Source: Hydrogenothermaceae bacterium (lineage in GTDB: Bacteria; Aquificota; Aquificia; Aquificales; Hydrogenothermaceae). From it: a stretch of 64,000 nucleotides of DNA. Shown piece after piece: positions 40,143 to 51,217 of this stretch (position 1 is the first letter of the stretch; the number at the start of each line of letters is the position of its first letter). The position numbers and the translations under genes were made by a program. The DNA lies in assembly GCA_041287495.1 (NCBI GenBank), contig JBEULE010000042.1, positions 6,139 to 70,138 on the forward strand, in the 5' to 3' direction. Under the pieces are notes generated by a model. That model was not told the DNA's origin, did no database searches, and saw only the letters and a program-made list of their open reading frames with translations.

Positions 40143-41482
40143 TTAGAGATACAATAGTTGCAAATGCAACTCCTTTGATACCATCAGGAGTTGCTGTTAT
40201 TCGTATAAGTGGAGAAAAAGCATTAGAAATAGGAAAAAAACTTTTCAAAATTTCCAAAGATATAGAACCACGAAAAGTTTACTTTAGCAAAATCATAGAC
40301 AGAGAAGGAAATATTATAGATGAAGGATTACTTATATACTTCAAAAAACCTGCAAGCTTTACAGGAGAAGATGTTATAGAGATATATCCTCACGGTAGCA
40401 TTCCTGTGGTTAAAAAGATAATAGAGGAAGCCATATACTTTGGTGCAAGGTTTGCAAATCCTGGAGAATTTACAGAAAGAGCTTTTTTAAACGGTAAGAT
40501 AGATTTAGTTCAGGCAGAAGCAATAGCAGAGTTAATATCTGCAAAAACACAAAAAGCAGCAAAAGCTGCTGTAAATATTCTTGAAGGAAAATTATCAAAG
40601 AAAATAAACAGTTTAAGAGAGTCTCTTATAGAGCTTATAACTTTGATAGAAGCAGAGATAAACTTTCCGGAAGATATTGAAGAGATAGATTCTGACTTTA
40701 TTATCTCGAAACTAAAAGAAGTAGAGAAAAACCTTTCAGACCTTCTGTTCACTTACAAAAAGGGGGAAATCATAAGGCAAGGTATCAAACTTGCCATCGT
40801 CGGTAGACCGAATGTAGGAAAATCTTCACTTTTTAATGCATTTATAGGGTATGAAAGATCTATAGTTTCCGAAATCTCCGGGACAACAAGAGATTTCATA
40901 GAGGAGAGAGTAAAGATAAAAGATATACCTATAATACTTTTAGATACAGCAGGAATAAGAGAAACCACAGACAAAATAGAAAAGTTAGGAATAGAAATAG
41001 CAAAAAGAAAGATAGATGAGGCTGATATAGTGATATTTGTTTTTGATGTATCTCAAGGATTTACAGAAGAAGATCTGAAGATATACAATGAAATTAAAGA
41101 CAAAAATCATATTATAGTAGGAAATAAAGTTGATTTAGGAAAGAAAGGTCTTGATAATTTTATAAAATCTGATAATATAATATATACAAGTTCAGTTTCA
41201 GCCATCGGACTTAAGGAACTTGAAGAGAAGATCTTAGAGAAAGTTGGAATATCTGAAGTAGAAGATGAAGTTTACATAAATCTTAGGCAAAAAATTCTAA
41301 TTGAAAAAGCAATAGAAAACATAAAAAGTATAGAAAAGGAGATAGATTTTTTAATAAAAAACAAAGAAATTTTAATGTTAAACATTCAAGAGATTGAGAA
41401 AAATCTTGATGAAATTATCGGTTTCATAACTACTGAAGATATCTTAGGTAGCATATTCAGTAAATTCTGTATAGGAAAGTAA
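40139..41482 (+). CDS. mnmE: tRNA modification GTPase MnmE
   Basis: 447 aa. G-domain GRPNVGKSSL and the C-terminal CIGK. Confidence 0.9.
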   Translation: MIRDTIVANATPLIPSGVAVIRISGEKALEIGKKLFKISKDIEPRKVYFSKIIDREGNIIDEGLLIYFKKPASFTGEDVIEIYPHGSIPVVKKIIEEAIYFGARFANPGEFTERAFLNGKIDLVQAEAIAELISAKTQKAAKAAVNILEGKLSKKINSLRESLIELITLIEAEINFPEDIEEIDSDFIISKLKEVEKNLSDLLFTYKKGEIIRQGIKLAIVGRPNVGKSSLFNAFIGYERSIVSEISGTTRDFIEERVKIKDIPIILLDTAGIRETTDKIEKLGIEIAKRKIDEADIVIFVFDVSQGFTEEDLKIYNEIKDKNHIIVGNKVDLGKKGLDNFIKSDNIIYTSSVSAIGLKELEEKILEKVGISEVEDEVYINLRQKILIEKAIENIKSIEKEIDFLIKNKEILMLNIQEIEKNLDEIIGFITTEDILGSIFSKFCIGK

Positions 41483-41493
41483 AGGAGGTAGAA

Positions 41494-42762
41494 ATGGACT
41501 TATCTACAATCACAAGAGAAGCACTAAAAGAGAAAACCTTAATTGAGCTAAGAGAAATAGGAGAAGAATTAGGATTAGAGAGAGTTACTGGCTTAAAGAA
41601 AGATGAACTCATAGATAAGATCTTACAGAAAAAAGAGGAAAAAGAAGGAATAACGAGGATTGAAGGTGTCCTTGAGATATTACCTGAATCTTTCGGATTT
41701 ATAAGATTTTTGGAAAATAACTATGCACCAAGTCCTCAGGATGTTTATGTTTCTCCTTCTCAGATAAAAAGAATTGGACTGAGAAATGGAGATTTTATAA
41801 GAGGAGCGGCAAGAAACCCGAGAGAAGGTGAAAAGTATAGAGCATTAGTTAGGGTTGATTTTGTAGGAAATACACCTATAGAAAATGCGAGATTAAGACC
41901 TTACTTTGATAAACTTATACCATATCACCCTACAGAGAGATTTAACCTTGAGTATGATCCATCTGATCTATCTACAAGAGTTGTAAGTTTAATCTCTCCG
42001 ATAGGTAAAGGTCAGAGAGGACTGATAGTAGCTCCCCCAAAGGCAGGTAAAACAGTCTTAATTCAGAGATTGGCAAAAGCCATAATAAAAAATCATCCTG
42101 AAGTTCATCTGATAATCCTTCTGATAGATGAAAGACCAGAAGAAGTTACTGAGATGAGAAGGATAGTTGGCTCCGGTGCAGAGGTTGTAGCATCAACTTT
42201 TGATGAGCCACCGGAGAGACACATACAGATATCTGAACTTGTTATAGAAAAAGCGAAAAGATTCGTTGAAGAAGGTAGAGATGTAGTTATACTACTTGAC
42301 TCTATGACAAGACTTGCAAGAGCTTCTAACTCTATTACTCCACCTTCTGGAAGAGTTTTATCTGGAGGTATAGAAGCTACAGCGCTACAGAGACCTAAGA
42401 AATTCTTTGGAGCTGCAAGGAATATAGAAAATGGCGGAAGTTTGACTATACTTGCAACAGCACTTGTAGAAACTGGCTCAAGGATGGATGACGTTATATT
42501 TGAAGAGTTTAAAGGAACTGGTAATATGGAGCTTTACCTTGACAGAAGACTTATGGAAAAGAGAGTTTTCCCTGCAATTAATATAAGTAAATCCGGCACA
42601 AGGAAAGAAGAACTTTTATTAAAAGATTGGGAATTACAGAGACTTTGGATACTTAGGAAGTTTCTGTCTACAATGGATGAAGTTGAAGCTATGGAGTTTT
42701 TACTTAGTAAGTTGAGTAAATTTAAGACAAATGAAGAATTTTTAAAATCTATGAATGCATGA
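41494..42762 (+). CDS. rho: transcription termination factor Rho
   Basis: 422 aa. Walker A GKT and Rho-specific Q/R loops. Confidence 0.9.
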   Translation: MDLSTITREALKEKTLIELREIGEELGLERVTGLKKDELIDKILQKKEEKEGITRIEGVLEILPESFGFIRFLENNYAPSPQDVYVSPSQIKRIGLRNGDFIRGAARNPREGEKYRALVRVDFVGNTPIENARLRPYFDKLIPYHPTERFNLEYDPSDLSTRVVSLISPIGKGQRGLIVAPPKAGKTVLIQRLAKAIIKNHPEVHLIILLIDERPEEVTEMRRIVGSGAEVVASTFDEPPERHIQISELVIEKAKRFVEEGRDVVILLDSMTRLARASNSITPPSGRVLSGGIEATALQRPKKFFGAARNIENGGSLTILATALVETGSRMDDVIFEEFKGTGNMELYLDRRLMEKRVFPAINISKSGTRKEELLLKDWELQRLWILRKFLSTMDEVEAMEFLLSKLSKFKTNEEFLKSMNA

Positions 42763-42800
42763 TATAATATATATTTACATTTTTTATGAAAGGAGGCAAA

Positions 42801-42995
42801 ATGAAAACAGGAATACATCCGGAACTTAAGTTAACAAAATTTGTGTGTGGTTGCGGAAATCAGTTTGAAATTTATACAGTAAAAGGTGGAACAGTTTACC
42901 TTGAAGTTTGTAATAACTGTCATCCTTTCTATACAGGTAAATTAAGAATTAAACCTAAATTTTTAGAGTTAACAGGCCAGGTATCAGAAAAGTAA
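42801..42995 (+). CDS. rpmE: 50S ribosomal protein L31
   Basis: MKTGIHPELK... with CGCG/CNNCHPFY zinc ribbon. The start is taken at the second ATG behind AGGAGG; the track starts 15 nt upstream. Confidence 0.85.
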   Translation: MKTGIHPELKLTKFVCGCGNQFEIYTVKGGTVYLEVCNNCHPFYTGKLRIKPKFLELTGQVSEK

Positions 42996-42998
42996 TAG

Positions 42999-44081
42999 AT
43001 GAACAAGATATTATTGGCCCAATTAGAAGGAATTAGAGAAAAAGTTAAAAAGTTAGAATATTTGCTTGCTGACCCTGAAATTTTGAAAGATCAATCTAAA
43101 CTACAGTCTCTGGGTAAAGAGTATAAAGACCTATCCGAGATATTACAGATGTATGAACAATACCAAGATATCCAGAGACAGATAGAAGAGGTAAAACAAC
43201 TGGTAGCAAATACTCCAGAAGATGATTTGAGAGCTTTGGCAGAGGAAGAGTTAGAATCCCTAAAACAACAGGAGAAAGACATAGAGAAGAAAATAGAGAT
43301 TTCTCTTCTTCCAAAGGATCCGAATGATGAAAAAAATGTTATTCTTGAGATAAGACAAGGTGCTGGTGGTGACGAAGCATCTTTGTTTGCAGCTGAACTT
43401 TTCAGAATGTATCAGAGATATGCAGAGAGACACGGCTGGAAAACAGAGATACTGAGTCTCCATCCAACTGAAAAGGGTGGTATCAAGGAAGTGATAGCTC
43501 TCATAAAAGGACAGGGTACATACTCAAGACTTAAATACGAAAGCGGTGTCCATAGAGTTCAAAGAGTCCCAGAAACAGAGTCGTCCGGAAGAATACACAC
43601 ATCAACAGTTACCGTAGCTGTCTTACCAGAAGCTCAAGAAGTTGATATTGAGATAAAACCAGAAGAGTTAAAAATAGAAACAATGAGAGCCGGAGGAGCA
43701 GGTGGACAGCATGTTAACACAACAGACTCTGCTGTAAGGATAACCCACCTTCCTACCGGTATGGTAGTTACATGTCAAGATGAGAGATCTCAACTTCAAA
43801 ACAGATTAAAAGCAATGCAGATACTCAGGGCAAGACTTAAAGATTACTACGATAGAATTGAAAGAGAAAAAATAGCAAAAGAGAGAAAAGAGCAAGTAGG
43901 AACTGGAGAGAGAAGTGAGAAGATAAGAACATACAACTTCCCTCAAAACAGAGTAACAGACCACAGAGTAAATTACACTTCGTATAGGATAAATGAGATA
44001 CTTGACGGCGACTTAGATGAGATTATAGATGTATTGATAGCCAAAGAGAATGAAGAGAAATTAGCTAAATTAGAGATATAA
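42999..44081 (+). CDS. prfA: peptide chain release factor 1
   Basis: 360 aa. GGQ motif ([20 protein letters not shown]) and a PxT-type anticodon motif (PET). Confidence 0.9.
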   Translation: MNKILLAQLEGIREKVKKLEYLLADPEILKDQSKLQSLGKEYKDLSEILQMYEQYQDIQRQIEEVKQLVANTPEDDLRALAEEELESLKQQEKDIEKKIEISLLPKDPNDEKNVILEIRQGAGGDEASLFAAELFRMYQRYAERHGWKTEILSLHPTEKGGIKEVIALIKGQGTYSRLKYESGVHRVQRVPETESSGRIHTSTVTVAVLPEAQEVDIEIKPEELKIETMRAGGAGGQHVNTTDSAVRITHLPTGMVVTCQDERSQLQNRLKAMQILRARLKDYYDRIEREKIAKERKEQVGTGERSEKIRTYNFPQNRVTDHRVNYTSYRINEILDGDLDEIIDVLIAKENEEKLAKLEI

Positions 44082-44155
44082 GCGCCCATAGCTCAATTGG
44101 ATAGAGCATGTGACTACGGATCACAAGGTTGGGGGTTCGAGTCCCTCTGGGCGCA
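44082..44155 (+). tRNA. tRNA-Arg (anticodon ACG)
   Basis: GCGCCCATAGCTCAATTGGATAGAGCATGTGACTACGGATCACAAGGTTGGGGGTTCGAGTCCCTCTGGGCGCA. Cloverleaf with anticodon loop CUACGGA. Starts at the base after the prfA stop. Confidence 0.85.
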
Positions 44156-44252
44156 TTTATTATCAGAAAGTTAACTTTTTATTTATTTGTTATTTACAGT
44201 GACTACATATAATAATTTTTAACAATTAAAGTTAAATTGGAGGATAAAAAAA

Positions 44253-44693
44253 ATGAACAAGTTGATAGGATTGATTTTAGCAGCAACAGTTGCATCTGTA
44301 GGTTTAGTTAAAGCAGAAACACCAGATATAAAACCACAGAAAGAAGAATGTAAGTTTTGTAAAACAAAAAGAGAGTTTTATGATAGAAAGCTTGAATTTC
44401 TGAAAAAAGAACTAAATTTATCTCAAGAGCAGGTTCAAAAGATAAGCTTAATAAAACAAGAAGAAAAAGAAGCTTTGGAAAAGTTTAGGAAGGAGCATAA
44501 AATGCCCTTAGAAGAAGCTACAAAAGGTGGAGAATTTAATAGAGATATATTTATAAACACTGTAAAACAGAATAGTGAAAAGATGGCTCAGATAAAAGCT
44601 GAGTACTTCCAGAAATTATTTGAAGTTTTAGATAAGAATCAGAGAGAAAAATTTTTAAGTTTAATTCATAAAAGAACGAAAAATGAAATGTAA
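44253..44693 (+). CDS. CpxP/Spy-like periplasmic protein (LTxxQ motif)
   Basis: 146 aa. Signal peptide, helical, LSQEQ motif. Lies upstream of a two-component pair. Confidence 0.45.
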   Translation: MNKLIGLILAATVASVGLVKAETPDIKPQKEECKFCKTKREFYDRKLEFLKKELNLSQEQVQKISLIKQEEKEALEKFRKEHKMPLEEATKGGEFNRDIFINTVKQNSEKMAQIKAEYFQKLFEVLDKNQREKFLSLIHKRTKNEM

Positions 44694-44738
44694 GTGCGAA
44701 GCCTCCTTATGGCTTAACCTCCTCCCCCCTCCATTGAT

Positions 44739-44766
44739 GGGAAGGCGTCAATGCCTTCCCTTTTTT
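44739..44766 (+). terminator. intrinsic terminator (GGGAAGGC / GCCTTCCC stem plus T6)
   Basis: 8-bp GC stem, 6-nt loop, TTTTTT. Preceded by an unusual pyrimidine run CTCCTCCCCCCTCC. Confidence 0.6.
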
Positions 44767-44786
44767 AATTTTTAGAGGTGAAAAAC

Positions 44787-45470
44787 ATGATAAAAGCTCT
44801 AATGATAGAAGATGATAGGGAACTTGCAGAGCTTTTAACAGAATATCTATCAAAATTCAACATATCAGTCAAAAACTTTGAGGTTCCATCTAAAGCAATT
44901 AAAGAGCTTGAAAGAAATCCAAACTACGACCTTATCATATTAGATTTATCTATACCAGAGATGGATGGCATAGAAGTTTGTAAAAAATTAGCAAAAGAGA
45001 AAGATATACCTATAATAATATCCTCAGCAAGAAGTGATGATACAGATAAGATACTTGCCCTTGAGATAGGAGCAGACGATTATCTGGCAAAACCTTATAA
45101 TCCAAGAGAGTTAGTTGCTAGGATACAGGCTGTATTAAGGAGAAAAGAGAAATTAAAATCAAAAGTTATCACCTGTGGAGAATTTGAACTTGATGAAGAA
45201 GGATATACTATAAAGAAAAATGGGGAAGTTATAAATTTAACATCTGCAGAGTTTGAGATACTATCTATGCTTATAAAGAATAGAGGAAGAGTTTTAAGTA
45301 GAGATTACATAATTGATAACACTGTAAACATAAACTATGACAGTATAGATAGGACAGTAGATGTGATAATAGGAAGGATAAGAAAGAAGATTAACGATGA
45401 TCCGAAAAACCCAAAATATATACAGTCTATAAGAGGAATAGGTTATAAGTTTGATTGTAAAGAAGAGTAG
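44787..45470 (+). CDS. OmpR-family response regulator
   Basis: Receiver domain (DLSIPEMDG) and a winged-helix output domain. ATG 44787 lies behind AGAGGTG; the track uses GTG 44778. Confidence 0.85.
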   Translation: MIKALMIEDDRELAELLTEYLSKFNISVKNFEVPSKAIKELERNPNYDLIILDLSIPEMDGIEVCKKLAKEKDIPIIISSARSDDTDKILALEIGADDYLAKPYNPRELVARIQAVLRRKEKLKSKVITCGEFELDEEGYTIKKNGEVINLTSAEFEILSMLIKNRGRVLSRDYIIDNTVNINYDSIDRTVDVIIGRIRKKINDDPKNPKYIQSIRGIGYKFDCKEE

Positions 45471-46659
45471 TTCAATTTTATTCAAAATCAGTTTAGCTTT
45501 TGGTCTGATGTACATTATATCTACACTTTTCTTCTATTATGGCTATCAACAGGCAAAAGATAAGGAAATTAGAGATTTTATAAGAAGAGGACTTTTATTT
45601 GTCTACTCTAACAATCCGGAAGATTTAGGACAGAATATAGCCGAAATTACAGATATAGAGACAGCTGAAGATATCATTACAAACTCAAGACCATTATTAG
45701 AGAGAAATTTAGGTTTTATTCAAATAAAGGTAGTTGAGTATGAAGAAGATACTTATCTTATTCTTAACAAATTCGGAACAACATATATCTTAAAAAAGAA
45801 TGATAGTATAGAAATTCATAAACTTATATTGATAGGCTATCTGATTTTTAATATTGCATTTATTTTACTTTACATAAATATAGTTAAATCTTTTTATCCA
45901 TTAAAACAGCTTAGAGATAAGATTCGTATTTTAAAATCCGGAAATCTTAATGTAGATGTAAAGATAGATAAAGATGATGAAATTGGATTTATAGCGAGGG
46001 AGTTTAATGAAGCAATAAAATCACTAAAAAAAAATGAAGAGATAAGAAAGTGGTTTTTGAGAAACATAGCCCATGAACTTAAAACTCCGATAACAAAAGG
46101 GAAGATTGCTATTGAGCTTTTAAATGATGATAGAGGAAAAGAAAACTTTGAGAAAATATTTAACAGACTTGAATACCTTATAAATCAACTTCTGTTAGTA
46201 GAGAAGATAACTTCAGAAAAGTTTAACCTAAACAGAGAGTGTGTAAATATCTCCCAAGTTATAAATAACGCTACCGAACTTCTACTAATATCAGAAAAAA
46301 ATCTGGTTGAAATAGAGCTTACACAGGATGATAGAGTTTTTATAGATATATCGTTATTCAGTATAGCTATAAAAAATCTGATAGATAATGGAATCAAATT
46401 CAGTGAAGATGGTATATGTAAAGTTAGTTATAAAGATGGTGTGATATGTATATCAAATAGAGGAGAAAAACCTTCAATAGATGTAGATATACTTTTTGAG
46501 CCTTTTGTTAAGGAAACTTCTTTAAAAAATAAGGAGGGATTAGGTTTAGGTCTTTATATAACAAAATTTGTTGTCCAATCTCACGGATTAAATCTCAGCT
46601 ATAGATATGAAAATGGAGAAAACTTCTTCTGTATAGATTTTAAATCAGCTCTCTGTTAA
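45451..46659 (+). CDS. sensor histidine kinase (two TM helices, ~95-aa periplasmic loop)
   Basis: H-box NIAHELKTPIT and HATPase G-boxes (NLIDNGIKFS, GLGLGL). Start uncertain. Confidence 0.8.
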   Translation: MIVKKSSSILFKISLAFGLMYIISTLFFYYGYQQAKDKEIRDFIRRGLLFVYSNNPEDLGQNIAEITDIETAEDIITNSRPLLERNLGFIQIKVVEYEEDTYLILNKFGTTYILKKNDSIEIHKLILIGYLIFNIAFILLYINIVKSFYPLKQLRDKIRILKSGNLNVDVKIDKDDEIGFIAREFNEAIKSLKKNEEIRKWFLRNIAHELKTPITKGKIAIELLNDDRGKENFEKIFNRLEYLINQLLLVEKITSEKFNLNRECVNISQVINNATELLLISEKNLVEIELTQDDRVFIDISLFSIAIKNLIDNGIKFSEDGICKVSYKDGVICISNRGEKPSIDVDILFEPFVKETSLKNKEGLGLGLYITKFVVQSHGLNLSYRYENGENFFCIDFKSALC

Positions 46660-47808
46660 AAATCTATCTATAGATTTCACTATCCTATTTAAAGCTCCTT
46701 CACTACCCAATTTATCTCTAACTTCAGCAAGTTCATCTTTTGTTTTCTGATATAGGTATCTGTTATGAATGTATTCCAATGTTGTATTAGCTATGTTTAA
46801 AGGATTACAGCTATTTTGCAATAACTCTCTTATTATCTGTTTTCCGGCTATTATATTCGGAAGCCCTAAAAATGGTATCTTTACTAATCTTTTTCCTATA
46901 AAGAAAGTTATGGGACTGACTTTATAAACAAGGATGAAAGGATTACCTATGATAGTTGCTTCCAGGGTAGCAGTTCCGGAAGATATTACAGAGAAATAGG
47001 AATGTTTCATTACTTCGTAGGATGGGAACTCTAAATTAGAGGATTTAACCACTCTATGGGGTAGTTTATGATATTTAGAAGATATATTAAGGGCAATTTC
47101 TAAAACGTTATCTGTAGCAGGAATTAAGAAAAAACTATTTTCAATAGCATTGTTTAGAAGTTTTGCAGATTCTAACATTATAGGTAATAAAGTTTTTACT
47201 TCTGACTCCCTACTTCCTGGTAGAAGTCCTATAAGTAGTCTATTTTTGGGAATGTTTAATAATCTTTCAAAGTTTTCTCTATCTGTCTTTGGTTTTACTA
47301 TATCTATCAGAGGGTGTCCCCCATAGAAAAATCTGAAATTTTTATCTATAAAAGGTTTATAGTAATTCTCTTCAAATGGCAGAATGGATATCAAAAGGTC
47401 TGTATTTTCAACTATATCGTATATTCTTCTGTAGCCCCAAGCCCATATCTGTGGAGATATGAAGTATATTACCTTTTTACCTAACCTTTTGGCTTCTTTT
47501 ATAAGTTTTATGTTGAACCCCGGAAAATCAACAACTATTACTACATCACAATTTTTTATTGCTTTAACAGACTCTTTAAAAACTTTCTTTATCTGTTTGT
47601 ATTTTGAAAAAGCTTCTGTTAAACCAACTACAGATATATCGTCTATAGTAGAGATAGGTTTTACACCGGCTTTTAGGAGTTTAGGTCCGGTTAATCCGAT
47701 AAATTGATATTTATCTTTTAGATCATCTACTATATAAGAGGCGTAGATGTCTGCCGATACTTCACCTACGCTTATAAAAACTTTCTTCATACTATTCCGG
47801 GGATACAA
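46645..47808 (-). CDS. lpxB: lipid-A-disaccharide synthase
   Basis: 387 aa. N-terminus SVGEVSADIYAS of the LpxB family. Confidence 0.8.
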   Translation of the reverse strand: MYPRNSMKKVFISVGEVSADIYASYIVDDLKDKYQFIGLTGPKLLKAGVKPISTIDDISVVGLTEAFSKYKQIKKVFKESVKAIKNCDVVIVVDFPGFNIKLIKEAKRLGKKVIYFISPQIWAWGYRRIYDIVENTDLLISILPFEENYYKPFIDKNFRFFYGGHPLIDIVKPKTDRENFERLLNIPKNRLLIGLLPGSRESEVKTLLPIMLESAKLLNNAIENSFFLIPATDNVLEIALNISSKYHKLPHRVVKSSNLEFPSYEVMKHSYFSVISSGTATLEATIIGNPFILVYKVSPITFFIGKRLVKIPFLGLPNIIAGKQIIRELLQNSCNPLNIANTTLEYIHNRYLYQKTKDELAEVRDKLGSEGALNRIVKSIDRFLTES

Positions 47809-49627
47809 CCATCAAACATTCATCTGGATTAACGTTATCTCCTACTTTAACAAATATCTCCGAAACTACCCCATCTATCGGAGAGTGTATCTCATTTTCC
47901 ATTTTCATAGCTTCTACTGTAAGTAAGACATCCCCTTTTTTAACTTTATCTCCTAGGGATACCTTTATAGAAGTAACTTTTCCTGGCATAGGAGAACTTA
48001 TATCACCAAGTCCCATAATCTTTCTTTTACCTGTTGATATAGTTGCTTCCGGTAGTGATACCGTATCTTGACCTACTTCTATTTCCCTTATAGGTTGAAC
48101 TAAAACCTCTTCTAACTCCCCATCTATTCTTATAAAGTAAGGTTTTTTTCCTTCTATAGGATTTCCAACTCCGGCTATCTTTATGTGATACTGCTCTCCG
48201 TGAAGTGTTATATTAAACTCAATAGGTGCTTTACAACTTTCTTCTGATTTAAATTCTTCAACTTCCGGAGGTAAGGCCTCTCCCTTTTCCAGTGCTTCCC
48301 TGTATTTGAAGAACTCCTGTGCAACTTGAGGAAAAAGTATATAAGATAAAACATCTTCTGGACTTCTTGCTCCGGCTTCGTAAGCTTTACTTTCCATCTT
48401 TTCTATTTCAGGATCTAATAGATCTGCAGGTCTAACCTGGATAGGAGTTTCATCACCTAATATCCTTTTGATAATATCAGGCTTTATAGGAGCAGGAGGT
48501 CTTCCATACAGCCCTTTAACATAATCTTTTGTCTCTTTTGTTACAACTTTATACCTTTCACCTTGTAAAACGTTTAGAAGGGCTTGAGTTCCTACTATCT
48601 GACTTGTAGGTGTAACCAGAGGCGGATATCCTAAATCTTCTCTAACTCTTGCAACTTCTTTTTTAACTTCATCAAGTTTATCAAGGGCATTGTTTTCTTT
48701 TAGCTGGTTTATAAAGTTTGACATCATACCACCAGGTATCTGGTGTATAAGAACCTGTGTATCAGGCCATTTATCAACAGTATCGTATTTGGCATACTTC
48801 TTTCTAACTTCTTTTAAATACTCGGCAACCTCTATAATAATATCAATGTCTATCTTTGTTTGATAACCAAACTCTTTTAGAACATAAACCATTGTTTCAT
48901 TAGGAGGATGGGCTGTAAGCCAAGACCATGTAGATACATCTGTATCTATTATATCTGCTCCAGCTTCAACAGACTTTAAAAGGGTCATCTCTGCCATTGC
49001 AGCAGTTGATTGAGAATGGACATGGACTGGAAGTTTTATCTCACTTTTCAATGCAGATACAAGGTCATAAGCCATCTTTGGTGAAAGTATTCCGGCCTGG
49101 TCTTTAATACTTATTATATCTACACCTAAATCTCTGAGCTGTTTAGCTATATTTACATAATACTCAACTGTATGAACTGGACTTATAGCATAAGATAAGA
49201 CTCCCTTAACTATCTTTCCACATTCCTTTGCAGTAGATATGGCAACTTCCATATTTCTAATATCGTTTAAAGCGTCAAAAATTCTAAAAACATCTATCCC
49301 GTTATCTGCAGCTCTCTTTACAAACTCTTCAACAACATCATCTGCATAATGTCTATATCCAACAATATTCTGCCCTCTAAGAAGCATCTCAAGTTTTGTA
49401 TTCTTTGCAGCTTCTTTAAATTTTCTCAATCTTTCCCATGGGTCTTCTTTTAAGAATCTTAAACATACATCAAAGGTTGCACCACCCCAAACTTCCAAAG
49501 ACCAAAAACCTGCATCATCAAGTTTTTGAAGTGCCGGTAGTAAATCATCTGTTTTAACTCTTGTAGCAAGCAAACTCTGTTGTCCATCTCTTAAAGTGAC
49601 ATCTGTAAACTCTATTAATCTACCCAT
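47792..49627 (-). CDS. biotin-dependent carboxylase carboxyltransferase+BCCP subunit (pyruvate carboxylase subunit B / oxaloacetate decarboxylase alpha-like)
   Basis: 611 aa. HMGL-like TIM barrel (FTDVTLRDGQQS) and a C-terminal biotinyl domain EAMKME. Confidence 0.8.
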   Translation of the reverse strand: MGRLIEFTDVTLRDGQQSLLATRVKTDDLLPALQKLDDAGFWSLEVWGGATFDVCLRFLKEDPWERLRKFKEAAKNTKLEMLLRGQNIVGYRHYADDVVEEFVKRAADNGIDVFRIFDALNDIRNMEVAISTAKECGKIVKGVLSYAISPVHTVEYYVNIAKQLRDLGVDIISIKDQAGILSPKMAYDLVSALKSEIKLPVHVHSQSTAAMAEMTLLKSVEAGADIIDTDVSTWSWLTAHPPNETMVYVLKEFGYQTKIDIDIIIEVAEYLKEVRKKYAKYDTVDKWPDTQVLIHQIPGGMMSNFINQLKENNALDKLDEVKKEVARVREDLGYPPLVTPTSQIVGTQALLNVLQGERYKVVTKETKDYVKGLYGRPPAPIKPDIIKRILGDETPIQVRPADLLDPEIEKMESKAYEAGARSPEDVLSYILFPQVAQEFFKYREALEKGEALPPEVEEFKSEESCKAPIEFNITLHGEQYHIKIAGVGNPIEGKKPYFIRIDGELEEVLVQPIREIEVGQDTVSLPEATISTGKRKIMGLGDISSPMPGKVTSIKVSLGDKVKKGDVLLTVEAMKMENEIHSPIDGVVSEIFVKVGDNVNPDECLMVVSPE

Positions 49628-49675
49628 AGTATACTCCCCTTAAAGTAAAAGTAGGCCATCAAGCTAAAAATTTTA

Positions 49676-51205
49676 TCATAAATAAGACTTTATAGTCTCC
49701 CTTAGTTTTTCTTCAAAAGATTCCTTGAATTTCTGAGAATAAGAGGCTATATAAACTTCTCTACTTTGGCCGTTATCTGCTATCTTTATCCATACTCTCC
49801 TATGGACAGTATAGAAGGCAAGCATAGTTCCTAAAACTACTATAATAGTTCCAATCCAGATAAGTGTAGTTCCTGGGAAATAGCTAATTTGAAGTCCAGT
49901 AAAGTATCTTGGTTCAAATTTTTCTATAAACATTATATAGGGAAAGTGGTAAGGTTTTACAAATCTCTCATAAGCTGCTATTTCTACATTAGGGTCAGCT
50001 GCTATAGGCATATTGAACTCTTTACCGTTATAACTTACCTTCACTATTAAAAGAGGGTCATAAACATCATTTTGAATCAAAACGGGATTTTTATAATTAA
50101 GTGTTTGATTTATAACCTTTAGCTGATAACCTTCAAAAGTTATACTATCTTCACCAAATCTATATTTAATTCTTTTCCCGCTATTGAACAACTCAACTGT
50201 CTGTCTCTGTAAATCTCTAAGCTGTTTTTCTATATGAGATGAAGCTGAACTATCTTTTGTTTGAGATAACTGATTATTCAGAAGTAGAGACTTCTCTATT
50301 ATATCTACAAGTTTCTTATAATCAACTACCACTATATCAGCTTCCTTCATATCCCCAGTTTTTCCGTAAGATGTTTGGAATATTCTGTATCCTCTATACT
50401 CCATAGGTTCATTTACCTTTATAACGCCACTTTTTATAACTTTTCCATTTTCTATTATATCTATATCACTGTTATAAGACTTGACTGCACCTGCAAACTC
50501 TTTACTGTTATAAAAATCAAGCCAGAACTTTTTAACATATATCTCGAATGGAAGTTTGTATATCTCATCTCCGGGAATAAGAGACCCTTCCCTATACTTT
50601 CTTATATAATCAGCTTTTTCACCTTCCGGAATCTCTATCTGACCTCTTACTCCCAAAACAGAACCTATAAATGCCCCTATCAAAAAAACAATTATACCTA
50701 TATGAGTTACAAGCATACCTAATCTTGATTCTCTGCCTTTTTCTGCATAGATATAAATCTCTTTGGGATTTTCTGAAATTACTTGAGCTTTTTTGAAACC
50801 GATATCATGTAGAAATAATGTTATCTTGTCAAAAATAGCTCTGATATCTTCTTGTGTTGATATCTTTATTGTGGAAGGTTTATTTCGAATACCTTCCGTC
50901 ATTTTTTTCTCAACTTTACCATAGGCTGTCTTGTATATAGCCGGAAATCTGTCTATCGTTGCTGAAATTACAGCAATGGCAACAAGTACTATTAAAATCT
51001 GGTAATACCAAGCGTGGAAAACGTTATTCAGATAAGTCATCCAGATAATCTTTGCAAAAAACTCTCCATACTCTTTATAATAGGTTATATATGTCTCTCC
51101 CTGTTTTATATATGTAGAGCCAAGGACAGACAGTAGTGCAAGGGAAATCAGATAAACTATACCAAGTTTAACATTTCCTAAAATTGAGATAAGTTTTTTA
51201 AACAA
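49676..51205 (-). CDS. cytochrome c biogenesis protein ResB/Ccs1 (system II)
   Basis: 509 aa. N-terminal TM, large periplasmic domain, C-terminal TM. ResB-like conserved His residues. Confidence 0.65.
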   Translation of the reverse strand: MFKKLISILGNVKLGIVYLISLALLSVLGSTYIKQGETYITYYKEYGEFFAKIIWMTYLNNVFHAWYYQILIVLVAIAVISATIDRFPAIYKTAYGKVEKKMTEGIRNKPSTIKISTQEDIRAIFDKITLFLHDIGFKKAQVISENPKEIYIYAEKGRESRLGMLVTHIGIIVFLIGAFIGSVLGVRGQIEIPEGEKADYIRKYREGSLIPGDEIYKLPFEIYVKKFWLDFYNSKEFAGAVKSYNSDIDIIENGKVIKSGVIKVNEPMEYRGYRIFQTSYGKTGDMKEADIVVVDYKKLVDIIEKSLLLNNQLSQTKDSSASSHIEKQLRDLQRQTVELFNSGKRIKYRFGEDSITFEGYQLKVINQTLNYKNPVLIQNDVYDPLLIVKVSYNGKEFNMPIAADPNVEIAAYERFVKPYHFPYIMFIEKFEPRYFTGLQISYFPGTTLIWIGTIIVVLGTMLAFYTVHRRVWIKIADNGQSREVYIASYSQKFKESFEEKLRETIKSYL

Positions 51206-51217
51206 TTTTTTCCTCCG

